From the NCBI GenBank assembly GCA_964057225.1, contig OZ059899.1, positions 4,526,001 to 4,590,000 of the forward strand: 64,000 nucleotides of DNA, given 5' to 3'. Each line of letters begins with the position of its first letter. The first letter of the stretch is position 1. Shown here one piece after another: positions 15,001 through 30,000 of this stretch. The notes under the pieces are model-generated. The model searched no databases. It worked only from the letters and a program-made list of their open reading frames with translations, and was not told where the DNA came from. The position numbers and the translations under genes were made by a program. This stretch comes from Auanema rhodensis (Eukaryota; Animalia; Nematoda).

Positions 15001-18000
15001 AATGCATCATTTTTCAAACGATCATAACTGATTTTTGTATTAAGCGTTTCTCAATGTAGTATAGTGCATTCGATGCGGATTTTTAAGCTGCGTCGATCTG
15101 TGTTATCAGATTTGCGCTAGCTTAAAAATGCACCGAGATATCAACTGATATAAGTTCACACTTATATCCTCGATTTTCACCCTGAAGAATTAATTTTTTC
15201 GTTGAATAACATTGTCCATCGTGTTTGCCTTGAAAAATGGAATCTAAAAACATCTACTTTTTGCTAAATTATTTTGAAATTTTTCGAAAAAATTTTTGTC
15301 AAAATGTTTTTGGAAGCAATGTTGAGTGTACATGGAAACTCAACATACACTAATGCATCATTTTTCAAACGATCATAACTAATTTTTGTATCAAGTGTTT
15401 CTCAATGTAGTATAGTGCATTCGATGCGGATTTTTAAGCTGCGTCGATCTGTGTTATCAGATTTGCGCTAGCTTAAAAATGCACCGAGATATCAACTGAT
15501 ATATGTTCACACTTATATCCTCGATTTTCACCCTGAAGAATCAATTTTTTCATTGAATAACATTGTCCATCGTCTTTGCCTTGAAAGAAGAAATCTAAAA
15601 ACATCTACTTTTTGCTAAATTATTTTGAAATTTTTCGAAAAAATTTTTGTCAAAATGTTTTTGGAAGCAATGTTGAGTGTACATGGAAACTCAACATACA
15701 CTAATGCATCATTTTTCAAACGATCATAACTGATTTTTGTATTAAGCGTTTCTCAATGTAGTATAGTGCATTCGATGCGGATTTTTAAGCTGCGTCGATC
15801 TGTGTTATCAGATTTGCGCTAGCTTAAAAATGCACCGAGATATCAACTGATATATGTTCACACTTATATCCTCGATTTTCACCCTGAAGAATCAATTTTT
15901 TCATTGAATAACATTGTCCATCGTCTTTGCCTTGAAAAAAGAAATCTAAAAACATCTACTTTTTGCTAAATTATCTTGAAATTTTTCGAAAAAATTTTTG
16001 TCAAAATGTTTTTGGAAGCAATGTTGAGTGTACATGGAAACTCAACATACACTAATGCATCATTTTTCAAACGATCATAACTGATTTTTGTATTAAGCGT
16101 TTCTCAATGTAGTATAGTGCATTCGATGCGGATTTTTAAGCTGCGTCGATCTGTGTTATCAGATTTGCGCTAGCTTAAAAATGCACCGAGATATCAACTG
16201 ATATAAGTTCACACTTATATCCTCGATTTTCACCCTGAAGAATTAATTTTTTCGTTGAATAACATTGTCCATCGTCTTTGCCTTGAAAAATGGAATCTAA
16301 AAACATCTACTTTTTGCTAAATTATTTTGAAATTTTTCGAAAAAATTTTTGTCAAAATGTTTTTGGAAGCAATGTTGAGTGTACATGGAAACTCAACATA
16401 CACTAATGCATCATTTTTCAAACGATCATAACTAATTTTTGTATCAAGTGTTTCTCAATGTAGTATAGTGCATTCGATGCGGATTTTTAAGCTGCGTCGA
16501 TCTGTGTTATCAGATTTGCGCTAGCTTAAAAATGCACCGAGATATCAACTGATATATGTTCACACTTATATCCTCGATTTTCACCCTGAAGAATCAATTT
16601 TTTCATTGAATAACATTGTCCATCGTCTTTGCCTTGAAAGAAGAAATCTAAAAACATCTACTTTTTGCTAAATTATTTTGAAATTTTTCGAAAAAATTTT
16701 TGTCAAAATGTTTTTGGAAGCAATGTTGAGTGTACATGGAAACTCAACATACACTAATGCATCATTTTTCAAACGATCATAACTGATTTTTGTATTAAGC
16801 GTTTCTCAATGTAGTATAGTGCATTCGATGCGGATTTTTAAGCTGCGTCGATCTGTGTTATCAGATTTGCGCTAGCTTAAAAATGCACCGAGATATCAAC
16901 TGATATATGTTCACACTTATATCCTCGATTTTCACCCTGAAGAATCAATTTTTTCATTGAATAACATTGTCCATCGTCTTTGCCTTGAAAAAAGAAATCT
17001 AAAAACATCTACTTTTTGCTAAATTATCTTGAAATTTTTCGAAAAAATTTTTGTCAAAATGTTTTTGGAAGCAATGTTGAGTGTACATGGAAACTCAACA
17101 TACACTAATGCATCATTTTTCAAACGATCATAACTGATTTTTGTATTAAGCGTTTCTCAATGTAGTATAGTGCATTCGATGCGGATTTTTAAGCTGCGTC
17201 GATCTGTGTTATCAGATTTGCGCTAGCTTAAAAATGCACCGAGATATCAACTGATATATGTTCACACTTATATCCTCGATTTTCACCCTGAAGAATCAAT
17301 TTTTTCATTGAATAACATTGTCCATCGTCTTTGCCTTGAAAAAAGAAATCTAAAAACATCTACTTTTTGCTAAATTATTTTGAAATTTTTCGAAAAAATT
17401 TTTGTCAAAATGTTTTTGGAAGCAATGTTGAGTGTACATGGAAACTCAACATACACTAATGCATCATTTTTCAAACGATCATAACTGAATTTTGTATTAA
17501 GCGTTTCTCAATGTAGTATAGTGCATTCGATGCGGATTTTTAAGCTGCGTCGATCTGTGTTATCAGATTTGCGCTAGCTTAAAAATGCACCGAGATATCA
17601 ACTGATATATGTTCACACTTATATCCTCGATTTTCACCCTGAAGAATCAATTTTTTCATTGAATAACATTGTCCATCGTCTTTGCCTTGAAAAAAGAAAT
17701 CTAAAAACATCTACTTTTTGCTAAATTATTTTGAAATTTTTCGAAAAAATTTTTGTCAAAATGTTTTTGGAAGCAATGTTGAGTGTACATGGAAACTCAA
17801 CATACACTAATGCATCATTTTTCAAACGATCATAACTGATTTTTGTATTAAGCGTTTCTCAATGTAGTATAGTGCATTCGATGCGGATTTTTAAGCTGCG
17901 TCGATCTGTGTTATCAGATTTGCGCTAGCTTAAAAATGCACCGAGATATCAACTGATATAAGTTCACACTTATATCCTCGATTTTCACCCTGAAGAATTA

Positions 18001-21000
18001 ATTTTTTCGTTGAATAACATTGTCCATCGTCTTTGCCTTGAAAAATGGAATCTAAAAACATCTACTTTTTGCTAAATTATTTTGAAATTTTTCGAAAAAA
18101 TTTTTGTCAAAATGTTTTTGGAAGCAATGTTGAGTGTACATGGAAACTCAACATACACTAATGCATCATTTTTCAAACGATCATAACTAATTTTTGTATC
18201 AAGTGTTTCTCAATGTAGTATAGTGCATTCGATGCGGATTTTTAAGCTGCGTCGATCTGTGTTATCAGATTTGCGCTAGCTTAAAAATGCACCGAGATAT
18301 CAACTGATATATGTTCACACTTATATCCTCGATTTTCACCCTGAAGAATCAATTTTTTCATTGAATAACATTGTCCATCGTCTTTGCCTTGAAAGAAGAA
18401 ATCTAAAAACATCTACTTTTTGCTAAATTATTTTGAAATTTTTCGAAAAAATTTTTGTCAAAATGTTTTTGGAAGCAATGTTGAGTGTACATGGAAACTC
18501 AACATACACTAATGCATCATTTTTCAAACGATCATAACTGATTTTTGTATTAAGCGTTTCTCAATGTAGTATAGTGCATTCGATGCGGATTTTTAAGCTG
18601 CGTCGATCTGTGTTATCAGATTTGCGCTAGCTTAAAAATGCACCGAGATATCAACTGATATAAGTTCACACTTATATCCTCGATTTTCACCCTGAAGAAT
18701 TAATTTTTTCGTTGAATAACATTGTCCATCGTCTTTGCCTTGAAAAATGGAATCTAAAAACATCTACTTTTTGCTAAATTATTTTGAAATTTTTCGAAAA
18801 AATTTTTGTCAAAATGTTTTTGGAAGCAATGTTGAGTGTACATGGAAACTCAACATACACTAATGCATCATTTTTCAAACGATCATAACTAATTTTTGTA
18901 TCAAGTGTTTCTCAATGTAGTATAGTGCATTCCATGCGGATTTTTAAGCTGCGTCGATCTGTGTTATCAGATTTGCGCTAGCTTAAAAATGCACCGAGAT
19001 ATCAACTGATATATGTTCACACTTATATCCTCGATTTTCACCCTGAAGAATCAATTTTTTCATTGAATAACATTGTCCATCGTCTTTGCCTTGAAAAAAG
19101 AAATCTAAAAACATCTACTTTTTGCTAAATTATTTTGAAATTTTTCGAAAAAATTTTTGTCAAAATGTTTTTGGAAGCAATGTTGAGTGTACATGGAAAC
19201 TCAACATACACTAATGCATCATTTTTCAAACGATCATAACTGATTTTTGTATTAAGCGTTTCTCAATGTAGTATAGTGCATTCGATGCGGATTTTTAAGC
19301 TGCGTCGATCTGTGTTATCAGATTTGCGCTAGCTTAAAAATGCACCGAGATATCAACTGATATATGTTCACACTTATATCCTCGATTTTCACCCTGAAGA
19401 ATCAATTTTTTCATTGAATAACATTGTCCATCGTCTTTGCCTTGAAAAAAGAAATCTAAAAACATCTACTTTTTGCTAAATTATTTTGAAATTTTTCGAA
19501 AAAATTTTTGTCAAAATGTTTTTGGAAGCAATGTTGAGTGTACATGGAAACTCAACATACACTAATGCATCATTTTTCAAACGATCATAACTGAATTTTG
19601 TAATAAGCGTTTCTCAATGTAGTATAGTGCATTCGATGCGGATTTTTAAGCTGCGTCGATCTGTGTTATCAGATTTGCGCTAGCTTAAAAATGCACCGAG
19701 ATATCAACTGATATATGTTCACACTTATATCCTCGATTTTCACCCTGAAGAATCAATTTTTTCATTGAATAACATTGTCCATCGTCTTTGCCTTGAAAAA
19801 AGAAATCTAAAAACATCTACTTTTTGCTAAATTATTTTGAAATTTTTCGAAAAAATTTTTGTCAAAATGTTTTTGGAAGCAATGTTGAGTGTACATGGAA
19901 ACTCAACATACACTAATGCATCATTTTTCAAACGATCATAACTGATTTTTGTATTAAGCGTTTCTCAATGTAGTATAGTGCATTCGATGCGGATTTTTAA
20001 GCTGCGTCGATCTGTGTTATCAGATTTGCGCTAGCTTAAAAATGCACCGAGATATCAACTGATATAAGTTCACACTTATATCCTCGATTTTCACCCTGAA
20101 GAATCAATTTTTTCGTTGAATAACATTGTCCATCGTCTTTGCCTTGAAAAAAGGAATCTAGAAGCATCTACTTTTTGCTAAATTATTTTGAAATTTTTCG
20201 AAAAAATTTTTGTCAAAATGTTTTTGGAAGCAATGTTGAGTGTACATGGAAACTCAACATACACTAATGCATCATTTTTCAAACGATCATAACTGATTTT
20301 TGTATTAAGCGTTTCTCAATGTAGTATAGTGCATTCGATGCGGATTTTTAAGCTGCGTCGATCTGTGTTATCAGATTTGCGCTAGCTTAAAAATGCACCG
20401 AGATATCAACTGATATATGTTCACACTTATATCCTCGATTTTCACCCTGAAGAATCAATTTTTTCATTGAATAACATTGTCCATCGTCTTTGCCTTGAAA
20501 AAAGAAATCTAAAAACATCTACTTTTTGCTAAATTATTTTGAAATTTTTCGAAAAAATTTTTGTCAAAATGTTTTTGGAAGCAATGTTGAGTGTACATGG
20601 AAACTCAACATACACTAATGCATCATTTTTCAAACGATCATAACTGATTTTTGTATTAAGCGTTTCTCAATGTAGTATAGTGCATTCGATGCGGATTTTT
20701 AAGCTGCGTCGATCTGTGTTATCAGATTTGCGCTAGCTTAAAAATGCACCGAGATATCAACTGATATATGTTCACACTTATATCCTCGATTTTCACCCTG
20801 AAGAATCAATTTTTTCATTGAATAACATTGTCCATCGTCTTTGCCTTGAAAAAAGAAATCTAAAAACATCTACTTTTTGCTAAATTATTTTGAAATTTTT
20901 CGAAAAAATTTTTGTCAAAATGTTTTTGGAAGCAATGTTGAGTGTACATGGAAACTCAACATACACTAATGCATCATTTTTCAAACGATCATAACTGATT

Positions 21001-24000
21001 TTTGTATTAAGCGTTTCTCAATGTAGTATAGTGCATTCGATGCGGATTTTTAAGCTGCGTCGATCTGTGTTATCAGATTTGCGCTAGCTTAAAAATGCAC
21101 CGAGATATCAACTGATATAAGTTCACACTTATATCCTCGATTTTCACCCTGAAGAATTAATTTTTTCGTTGAATAACATTGTCCATCGTCTTTGCCTTGA
21201 AAAATGGAATCTAAAAACATCTACTTTTTGCTAAATTATTTTGAAATTTTTCGAAAAAATTTTTGTCAAAATGTTTTTGGAAGCAATGTTGAGTGTACAT
21301 GGAAACTCAACATACACTAATGCATCATTTTTCAAACGATCATAACTAATTTTTGTATCAAGTGTTTCTCAATGTAGTATAGTGCATTCGATGCGGATTT
21401 TTAAGCTGCGTCGATCTGTGTTATCAGATTTGCGCTAGCTTAAAAATGCACCGAGATATCAACTGATATATGTTCACACTTATATCCTCGATTTTCACCC
21501 TGAAGAATCAATTTTTTCATTGAATAACATTGTCCATCGTCTTTGCCTTGAAAGAAGAAATCTAAAAACATCTACTTTTTGCTAAATTATTTTGAAATTT
21601 TTCGAAAAAATTTTTGTCAAAATGTTTTTGGAAGCAATGTTGAGTGTACATGGAAACTCAACATACACTAATGCATCATTTTTCAAACGATCATAACTGA
21701 ATTTTGTATTAAGCGTTTCTCAATGTAGTATAGTGCATTCGATGCGGATTTTTAAGCTGCGTCGATCTGTGTTATCAGATTTGCGCTAGCTTAAAAATGC
21801 ACCGAGATATCAACTGATATATGTTCACACTTATATCCTCGATTTTCACCCTGAAGAATCAATTTTTTCATTGAATAACATTGTCCATCGTCTTTGCCTT
21901 GAAAAAAGAAATCTAAAAACATCTACTTTTTGCTAAATTATTTTGAAATTTTTCGAAAAAATTTTTGTCAAAATGTTTTTGGAAGCAATGTTGAGTGTAC
22001 ATGGAAACTCAACATACACTAATGCATCATTTTTCAAACGATCATAACTGATTTTTGTATTAAGCGTTTCTCAATGTAGTATAGTGCATTCGATGCGGAT
22101 TTTTAAGCTGCGTCGATCTGTGTTATCAGATTTGCGCTAGCTTAAAAATGCACCGAGATATCAACTGATATAAGTTCACACTTATATCCTCGATTTTCAC
22201 CCTGAAGAATCAATTTTTTCGTTGAATAACATTGTCCATCGTCTTTGCCTTGAAAAAAGGAATCTAGAAGCATCTACTTTTTGCTAAATTATTTTGAAAT
22301 TTTTCGAAAAAATTTTTGTCAAAATGTTTTTGGAAGCAATGTTGAGTGTACATGGAAACTCAACATACACTAATGCATCATTTTTCAAACGATCATAACT
22401 GATTTTTGTATTAAGCGTTTCTCAATGTAGTATAGTGCATTCGATGCGGATTTTTAAGCTGCGTCGATCTGTGTTATCAGATTTGCGCTAGCTTAAAAAT
22501 GCACCGAGATATCAACTGATATATGTTCACACTTATATCCTCGATTTTCACCCTGAAGAATCAATTTTTTCATTGAATAACATTGTCCATCGTCTTTGCC
22601 TTGAAAAAAGAAATCTAAAAACATCTACTTTTTGCTAAATTATTTTGAAATTTTTCGAAAAAATTTTTGTCAAAATGTTTTTGGAAGCAATGTTGAGTGT
22701 ACATGGAAACTCAACATACACTAATGCATCATTTTTCAAACGATCATAACTGATTTTTGTATTAAGCGTTTCTCAATGTAGTATAGTGCATTCGATGCGG
22801 ATTTTTAAGCTGCGTCGATCTGTGTTATCAGATTTGCGCTAGCTTAAAAATGCACCGAGATATCAACTGATATAAGTTCACACTTATATCCTCGATTTTC
22901 ACCCTGAAGAATTAATTTTTTCGTTGAATAACATTGTCCATCGTCTTTGCCTTGAAAAATGGAATCTAAAAACATCTACTTTTTGCTAAATTATTTTGAA
23001 ATTTTTCGAAAAAATTTTTGTCAAAATGTTTTTGGAAGCAATGTTGAGTGTACATGGAAACTCAACATACACTAATGCATCATTTTTCAAACGATCATAA
23101 CTAATTTTTGTATCAAGTGTTTCTCAATGTAGTATAGTGCATTCGATGCGGATTTTTAAGCTGCGTCGATCTGTGTTATCAGATTTGCGCTAGCTTAAAA
23201 ATGCACCGAGATATCAACTGATATATGTTCACACTTATATCCTCGATTTTCACCCTGAAGAATCAATTTTTTCATTGAATAACATTGTCCATCGTCTTTG
23301 CCTTGAAAGAAGAAATCTAAAAACATCTACTTTTTGCTAAATTATTTTGAAATTTTTCGAAAAAATTTTTGTCAAAATGTTTTTGGAAGCAATGTTGAGT
23401 GTACATGGAAACTCAACATACACTAATGCATCATTTTTCAAACGATCATAACTGATTTTTGTATTAAGCGTTTCTCAATGTAGTATAGTGCATTCGATGC
23501 GGATTTTTAAGCTGCGTCGATCTGTGTTATCAGATTTGCGCTAGCTTAAAAATGCACCGAGATATCAACTGATATATGTTCACACTTATATCCTCGATTT
23601 TCACCCTGAAGAATCAATTTTTTCGTTGAATAACATTGTCCATCGTCTTTGCCTTGAAAAAAGGAATCTAGAAGCATCTACTTTTTGCTAAATTATTTTG
23701 AAATTTTTCGAAAAAATTTTTGTCAAAATGTTTTTGGAAGCAATGTTGAGTGTACATGGAAACTCAACATACACTAATGCATCATTTTTCAAACGATCAT
23801 AACTGATTTTTGTATTAAGCGTTTCTCAATGTAGTATAGTGCATTCGATGCGGATTTTTAAGCTGCGTCGATCTGTGTTATCAGATTTGCGCTAGCTTAA
23901 AAATGCACCGAGATATCAACTGATATATGTTCACACTTATATCCTCGATTTTCACCCTGAAGAATCAATTTTTTCATTGAATAACATTGTCCATCGTCTT

Positions 24001-27000
24001 TGCCTTGAAAGAAGAAATCTAAAAAGATCTACTTTTTGCTAAATTATTTTGAAATTTTTCGAAAAAATTTTTGTCAAAATGTTTTTGGAAGCAATGTTGA
24101 GTGTACATGGAAACTCAACATACACTAATGCATCATTTTTCAAACGATCATAACTGATTTTTGTATTAAGCGTTTCTCAATGTAGTATAGTGCATTCGAT
24201 GCGGATTTTTAAGCTGCGTCGATCTGTGTTATCAGATTTGCGCTAGCTTAAAAATGCACCGAGATATCAACTGATATATGTTCACACTTATATCCTCGAT
24301 TTTCACCCTGAAGAATCAATTTTTTCATTGAATAACATTGTCCATCGTCTTTGCCTTGAAAAAAGGAATCTAGAAGCATCTACTTTTTGCTAAATTATTT
24401 TGAAATTTTTCGAAAAAATTTTTGTCAAAATGTTTTTGGAAGCAATGTTGAGTGTACATGGAAACTCAACATACACTAATGCATCATTTTTCAAACGATC
24501 ATAACTGAATTTTGTATTAAGCGTTTCTCAATGTAGTATAGTGCATTCGATGCGGATTTTTAAGCTGCGTCGATCTGTGTTATCAGATTTGCGCTAGCTT
24601 AAAAATGCACCGAGATATCAACTGATATATGTTCACACTTATATCCTCGATTTTCACCCTGAAGAATCAATTTTTTCATTGAATAACATTGTCCATCGTC
24701 TTTGCCTTGAAAAAAGAAATCTAAAAACATCTACTTTTTGCTAAATTATTTTGAAATTTTTCGAAAAAATTTTTGTCAAAATGTTTTTGGAAGCAATGTT
24801 GAGTGTACATGGAAACTCAACATACACTAATGCATCATTTTTCAAACGATCATAACTGATTTTTGTATTAAGCGTTTCTCAATGTAGTATAGTGCATTCG
24901 ATGCGGATTTTTAAGCTGCGTCGATCTGTGTTATCAGATTTGCGCTAGCTTAAAAATGCACCGAGATATCAACTGATATAAGTTCACACTTATATCCTCG
25001 ATTTTCACCCTGAAGAATCAATTTTTTCATTGAATAACATTGTCCATCGTCTTTGCCTTGAAAAAAGAAATCTAAAAACATCTACTTTTTGCTAAATTAT
25101 TTTGAAATTTTTCGAAAAAATTTTTGTCAAAATGTTTTTGGAAGCAATGTTGAGTGTACATGGAAACTCAACATACACTAATGCATCATTTTTCAAACGA
25201 TCATAACTGAATTTTGTATTAAGCGTTTCTCAATGTAGTATAGTGCATTCGATGCGGATTTTTAAGCTGCGTCGATCTGTGTTATCAGATTTGCGCTAGC
25301 TTAAAAATGCACCGAGATATCAACTGATATATGTTCACACTTATATCCTCGATTTTCACCCTGAAGAATCAATTTTTTCATTGAATAACATTGTCCATCG
25401 TCTTTGCCTTGAAAAAAGAAATCTAAAAACATCTACTTTTTGCTAAATTATTTTGAAATTTTTCGAAAAAATTTTTGTCAAAATGTTTTTGGAAGCAATG
25501 TTGAGTGTACATGGAAACTCAACATACACTAATGCATCATTTTTCAAACGATCATAACTGATTTTTGTATTAAGCGTTTCTCAATGTAGTATAGTGCATT
25601 CGATGCGGATTTTTAAGCTGCGTCGATCTGTGTTATCAGATTTGCGCTAGCTTAAAAATGCACCGAGATATCAACTGATATAAGTTCACACTTATATCCT
25701 CGATTTTCACCCTGAAGAATCAATTTTTTCGTTGAATAACATTGTCCATCGTCTTTGCCTTGAAAAAAGGAATCTAGAAGCATCTACTTTTTGCTAAATT
25801 ATTTTGAAATTTTTCGAAAAAATTTTTGTCAAAATGTTTTTGGAAGCAATGTTGAGTGTACATGGAAACTCAACATACACTAATGCATCATTTTTCAAAC
25901 GATCATAACTGATTTTTGTATTAAGCGTTTCTCAATGTAGTATAGTGCATTCGATGCGGATTTTTAAGCTGCGTCGATCTGTGTTATCAGATTTGCGCTA
26001 GCTTAAAAATGCACCGAGATATCAACTGATATATGTTCACACTTATATCCTCGATTTTCACCCTGAAGAATCAATTTTTTCATTGAATAACATTGTCCAT
26101 CGTCTTTGCCTTGAAAAAAGAAATCTAAAAACATCTACTTTTTGCTAAATTATTTTGAAATTTTTCGAAAAAATTTTTGTCAAAATGTTTTTGGAAGCAA
26201 TGTTGAGTGTACATGGAAACTCAACATACACTAATGCATCATTTTTCAAACGATCATAACTGATTTTTGTATTAAGCGTTTCTCAATGTAGTATAGTGCA
26301 TTCGATGCGGATTTTTAAGCTGCGTCGATCTGTGTTATCAGATTTGCGCTAGCTTAAAAATGCACCGAGATATCAACTGATATATGTTCACACTTATATC
26401 CTCGATTTTCACCCTGAAGAATCAATTTTTTCATTGAATAACATTGTCCATCGTCTTTGCCTTGAAAAAAGAAATCTAAAAACATCTACTTTTTGCTAAA
26501 TTATTTTGAAATTTTTCGAAAAAATTTTTGTCAAAATGTTTTTGGAAGCAATGTTGAGTGTACATGGAAACTCAACATACACTAATGCATCATTTTTCAA
26601 ACGATCATAACTGAATTTTGTATTAAGCGTTTCTCAATGTAGTATAGTGCATTCGATGCGGATTTTTAAGCTGCGTCGATCTGTGTTATCAGATTTGCGC
26701 TAGCTTAAAAATGCACCGAGATATCAACTGATATATGTTCACACTTATATCCTCGATTTTCACCCTGAAGAATCAATTTTTTCATTGAATAACATTGTCC
26801 ATCGTCTTTGCCTTGAAAAAAGAAATCTAAAAACATCTACTTTTTGCTAAATTATTTTGAAATTTTTCGAAAAAATTTTTGTCAAAATGTTTTTGGAAGC
26901 AATGTTGAGTGTACATGGAAACTCAACATACACTAATGCATCATTTTTCAAACGATCATAACTGATTTTTGTATTAAGCGTTTCTCAATGTAGTATAGTG

Positions 27001-30000
27001 CATTCGATGCGGATTTTTAAGCTGCGTCGATCTGTGTTATCAGATTTGCGCTAGCTTAAAAATGCACCGAGATATCAACTGATATAAGTTCACACTTATA
27101 TCCTCGATTTTCACCCTGAAGAATCAATTTTTTCGTTGAATAACATTGTCCATCGTCTTTGCCTTGAAAAAAGGAATCTAGAAGCATCTACTTTTTGCTA
27201 AATTATTTTGAAATTTTTCGAAAAAATTTTTGTCAAAATGTTTTTGGAAGCAATGTTGAGTGTACATGGAAACTCAACATACACTAATGCATCATTTTTC
27301 AAACGATCATAACTGATTTTTGTATTAAGCGTTTCTCAATGTAGTATAGTGCATTCGATGCGGATTTTTAAGCTGCGTCGATCTGTGTTATCAGATTTGC
27401 GCTAGCTTAAAAATGCACCGAGATATCAACTGATATATGTTCACACTTATATCCTCGATTTTCACCCTGAAGAATTAATTTTTTCGTTGAATAACATTGT
27501 CCATCGTCTTTGCCTTGAAAAAAGGAATCTAGAAGCATCTACTTTTTGCTAAATTATTTTGAAATTTTTCGAAAAAATTTTTGTCAAAATGTTTTTGGAA
27601 GCAATGTTGAGTGTACATGGAAACTCAACATACACTAATGCATCATTTTTCAAACGATCATAACTGATTTTTGTATTAAGCGTTTCTCAATGTAGTATAG
27701 CGCATTCGATGCGGATTTTTAAGCTGCGTCGATCTGTGTTATCAGATTTGCGCTAGCTTAAAAATGCACCGAGATATCAACTGATATAAGTTCACACTTA
27801 TATCCTCGATTTTCACCCTGAAGAATCAATTTTTTCGTTGAATAACATTGTCCATCGTCTTTGCCTTGAAAAAAGGAATCTAGAAGCATCTACTTTTTGC
27901 TAAATTATTTTGAAATTTTTCGAAAAAATTTTTGTCAAAATGTTTTTGGAAGCAATGTTGAGTGTACATGGAAACTCAACATACACTAATGCATCATTTT
28001 TCAAACGATCATAACTGATTTTTGTATTAAGCGTTTCTCAATGTAGTATAGTGCATTCGATGCGGATTTTTAAGCTGCGTCGATCTGTGTTATCAGATTT
28101 GCGCTAGCTTAAAAATGCACCGAGATATCAACTGATATAAGTTCACACTTATATCCTCGATTTTCACCCTGAAGAATCAATTTTTTCGTTGAATAACATT
28201 GTCCATCGTCTTTGCCTTGAAAAAAGGAATCTAGAAGCATCTACTTTTTGCTAAATTATTTTGAAATTTTTCGAAAAAATTTTTGTCAAAATGTTTTTGG
28301 AAGCAATGTTGAGTGTACATGGAAACTCAACATACACTAATGCATCATTTTTCAAACGATCATAACTGATTTTTGTATTAAGCGTTTCTCAATGTAGTAT
28401 AGTGCATTCGATGCGGATTTTTAAGCTGCGTCGATCTGTGTTATCAGATTTGCGCTAGCTTAAAAATGCACCGAGATATCAACTGATATATGTTCACACT
28501 TATATCCTCGATTTTCACCCTGAAGAATCAATTTTTTCATTGAATAACATTGTCCATCGTCTTTGCCTTGAAAAAAGAAATCTAAAAACATCTACTTTTT
28601 GCTAAATTATTTTGAAATTTTTTGAAAAAATTTTTGTCAAAATGTTTTTGGAAGCAATGTTGAGTGTACATGGAAACTCAACATACACTAATGCATCATT
28701 TTTCAAACGATCATAACTGATTTTTGTATTAAGCGTTTCTCAATGTAGTATAGTGCATTCGATGCGTATTTTTAAGCTGCGTCGATCTGTGTTATCAGAT
28801 TTGCGCTAGCTTAAAAATGCACCGAGATATCAACTGATATATGTTCACACTTATATCCTCGATTTTCACCCTGAAGAATCAATTTTTTCATTGAATAACA
28901 TTGTCCATCGTCTTTGCCTTGAAAAAAGAAATCTAAAAACATCTACTTTTTGCTAAATTATTTTGAAATTTTTCGAAAAAATTTTTGTCAAAATGTTTTT
29001 GGAAGCAATGTTGAGTGTACATGGAAACTCAACATACACTAATGCATCATTTTTCAAACGATCATAACTGATTTTTGTATTAAGCGTTTCTCAATGTAGT
29101 ATAGTGCATTCGATGCGGATTTTTAAGCTGCGTCGATCTGTGTTATCAGATTTGCGCTAGCTTAAAAATGCACCGAGATATCAACTGATATAAGTTCACA
29201 CTTATATCCTCGATTTTCACCCTGAAGAATCAATTTTTTCGTTGAATAACATTGTCCATCGTCTTTGCCTTGAAAAAAGGAATTTAGAAGCATCTACTTT
29301 TTGCTAAATTATTTTGAAATTTTTCGAAAAAAATTTTGTCAAAATGTTTTTGGAAGCAATGTTGAGTGTACATGGAAACTCAACATACACTAATGCATCA
29401 TTTTTCAAACGATCATAACTGAATTTTGTATTAAGCGTTTCTCAATGTAGTATAGTGCATTCGATGCGGATTTTTAAGCTGCGTCGATCTGTGTTATCAG
29501 ATTTGCGCTAGCTTAAAAATGCACCGAGATATCAACTGATATAAGTTCACACTTATATCCTCGATTTTCACCCTGAAGAATCAATTTTTTCGTTGAATAA
29601 CATTGTCCATCGTCTTTGCCTTGAAAAAAGGAATCTAGAAGCATCTACTTTTTGCTAAATTATTTTGAAATTTTTCGAAAAAATTTTTGTCAAAATGTTT
29701 TTGGAAGCAATGTTGAGTGTACATGGAAACTCAACATACACTAATGCATCATTTTTCAAACGATCATAACTGATTTTTGTATTAAGCGTTTCTCAATGTA
29801 GTATAGTGCATTCGATGCGGATTTTTAAGCTGCGTCGATCTGTGTTATCAGATTTGCGCTTGCTTAAAAATGCACCGAGATATCAACTGATATATGTTCA
29901 CACTTATATCCTCGATTTTCACCCTGAAGAATCAATTTTTTCATTGAATAACATTGTCCATCGTCTTTGCCTTGAAAAAAGAAATCTAAAAACATCTACT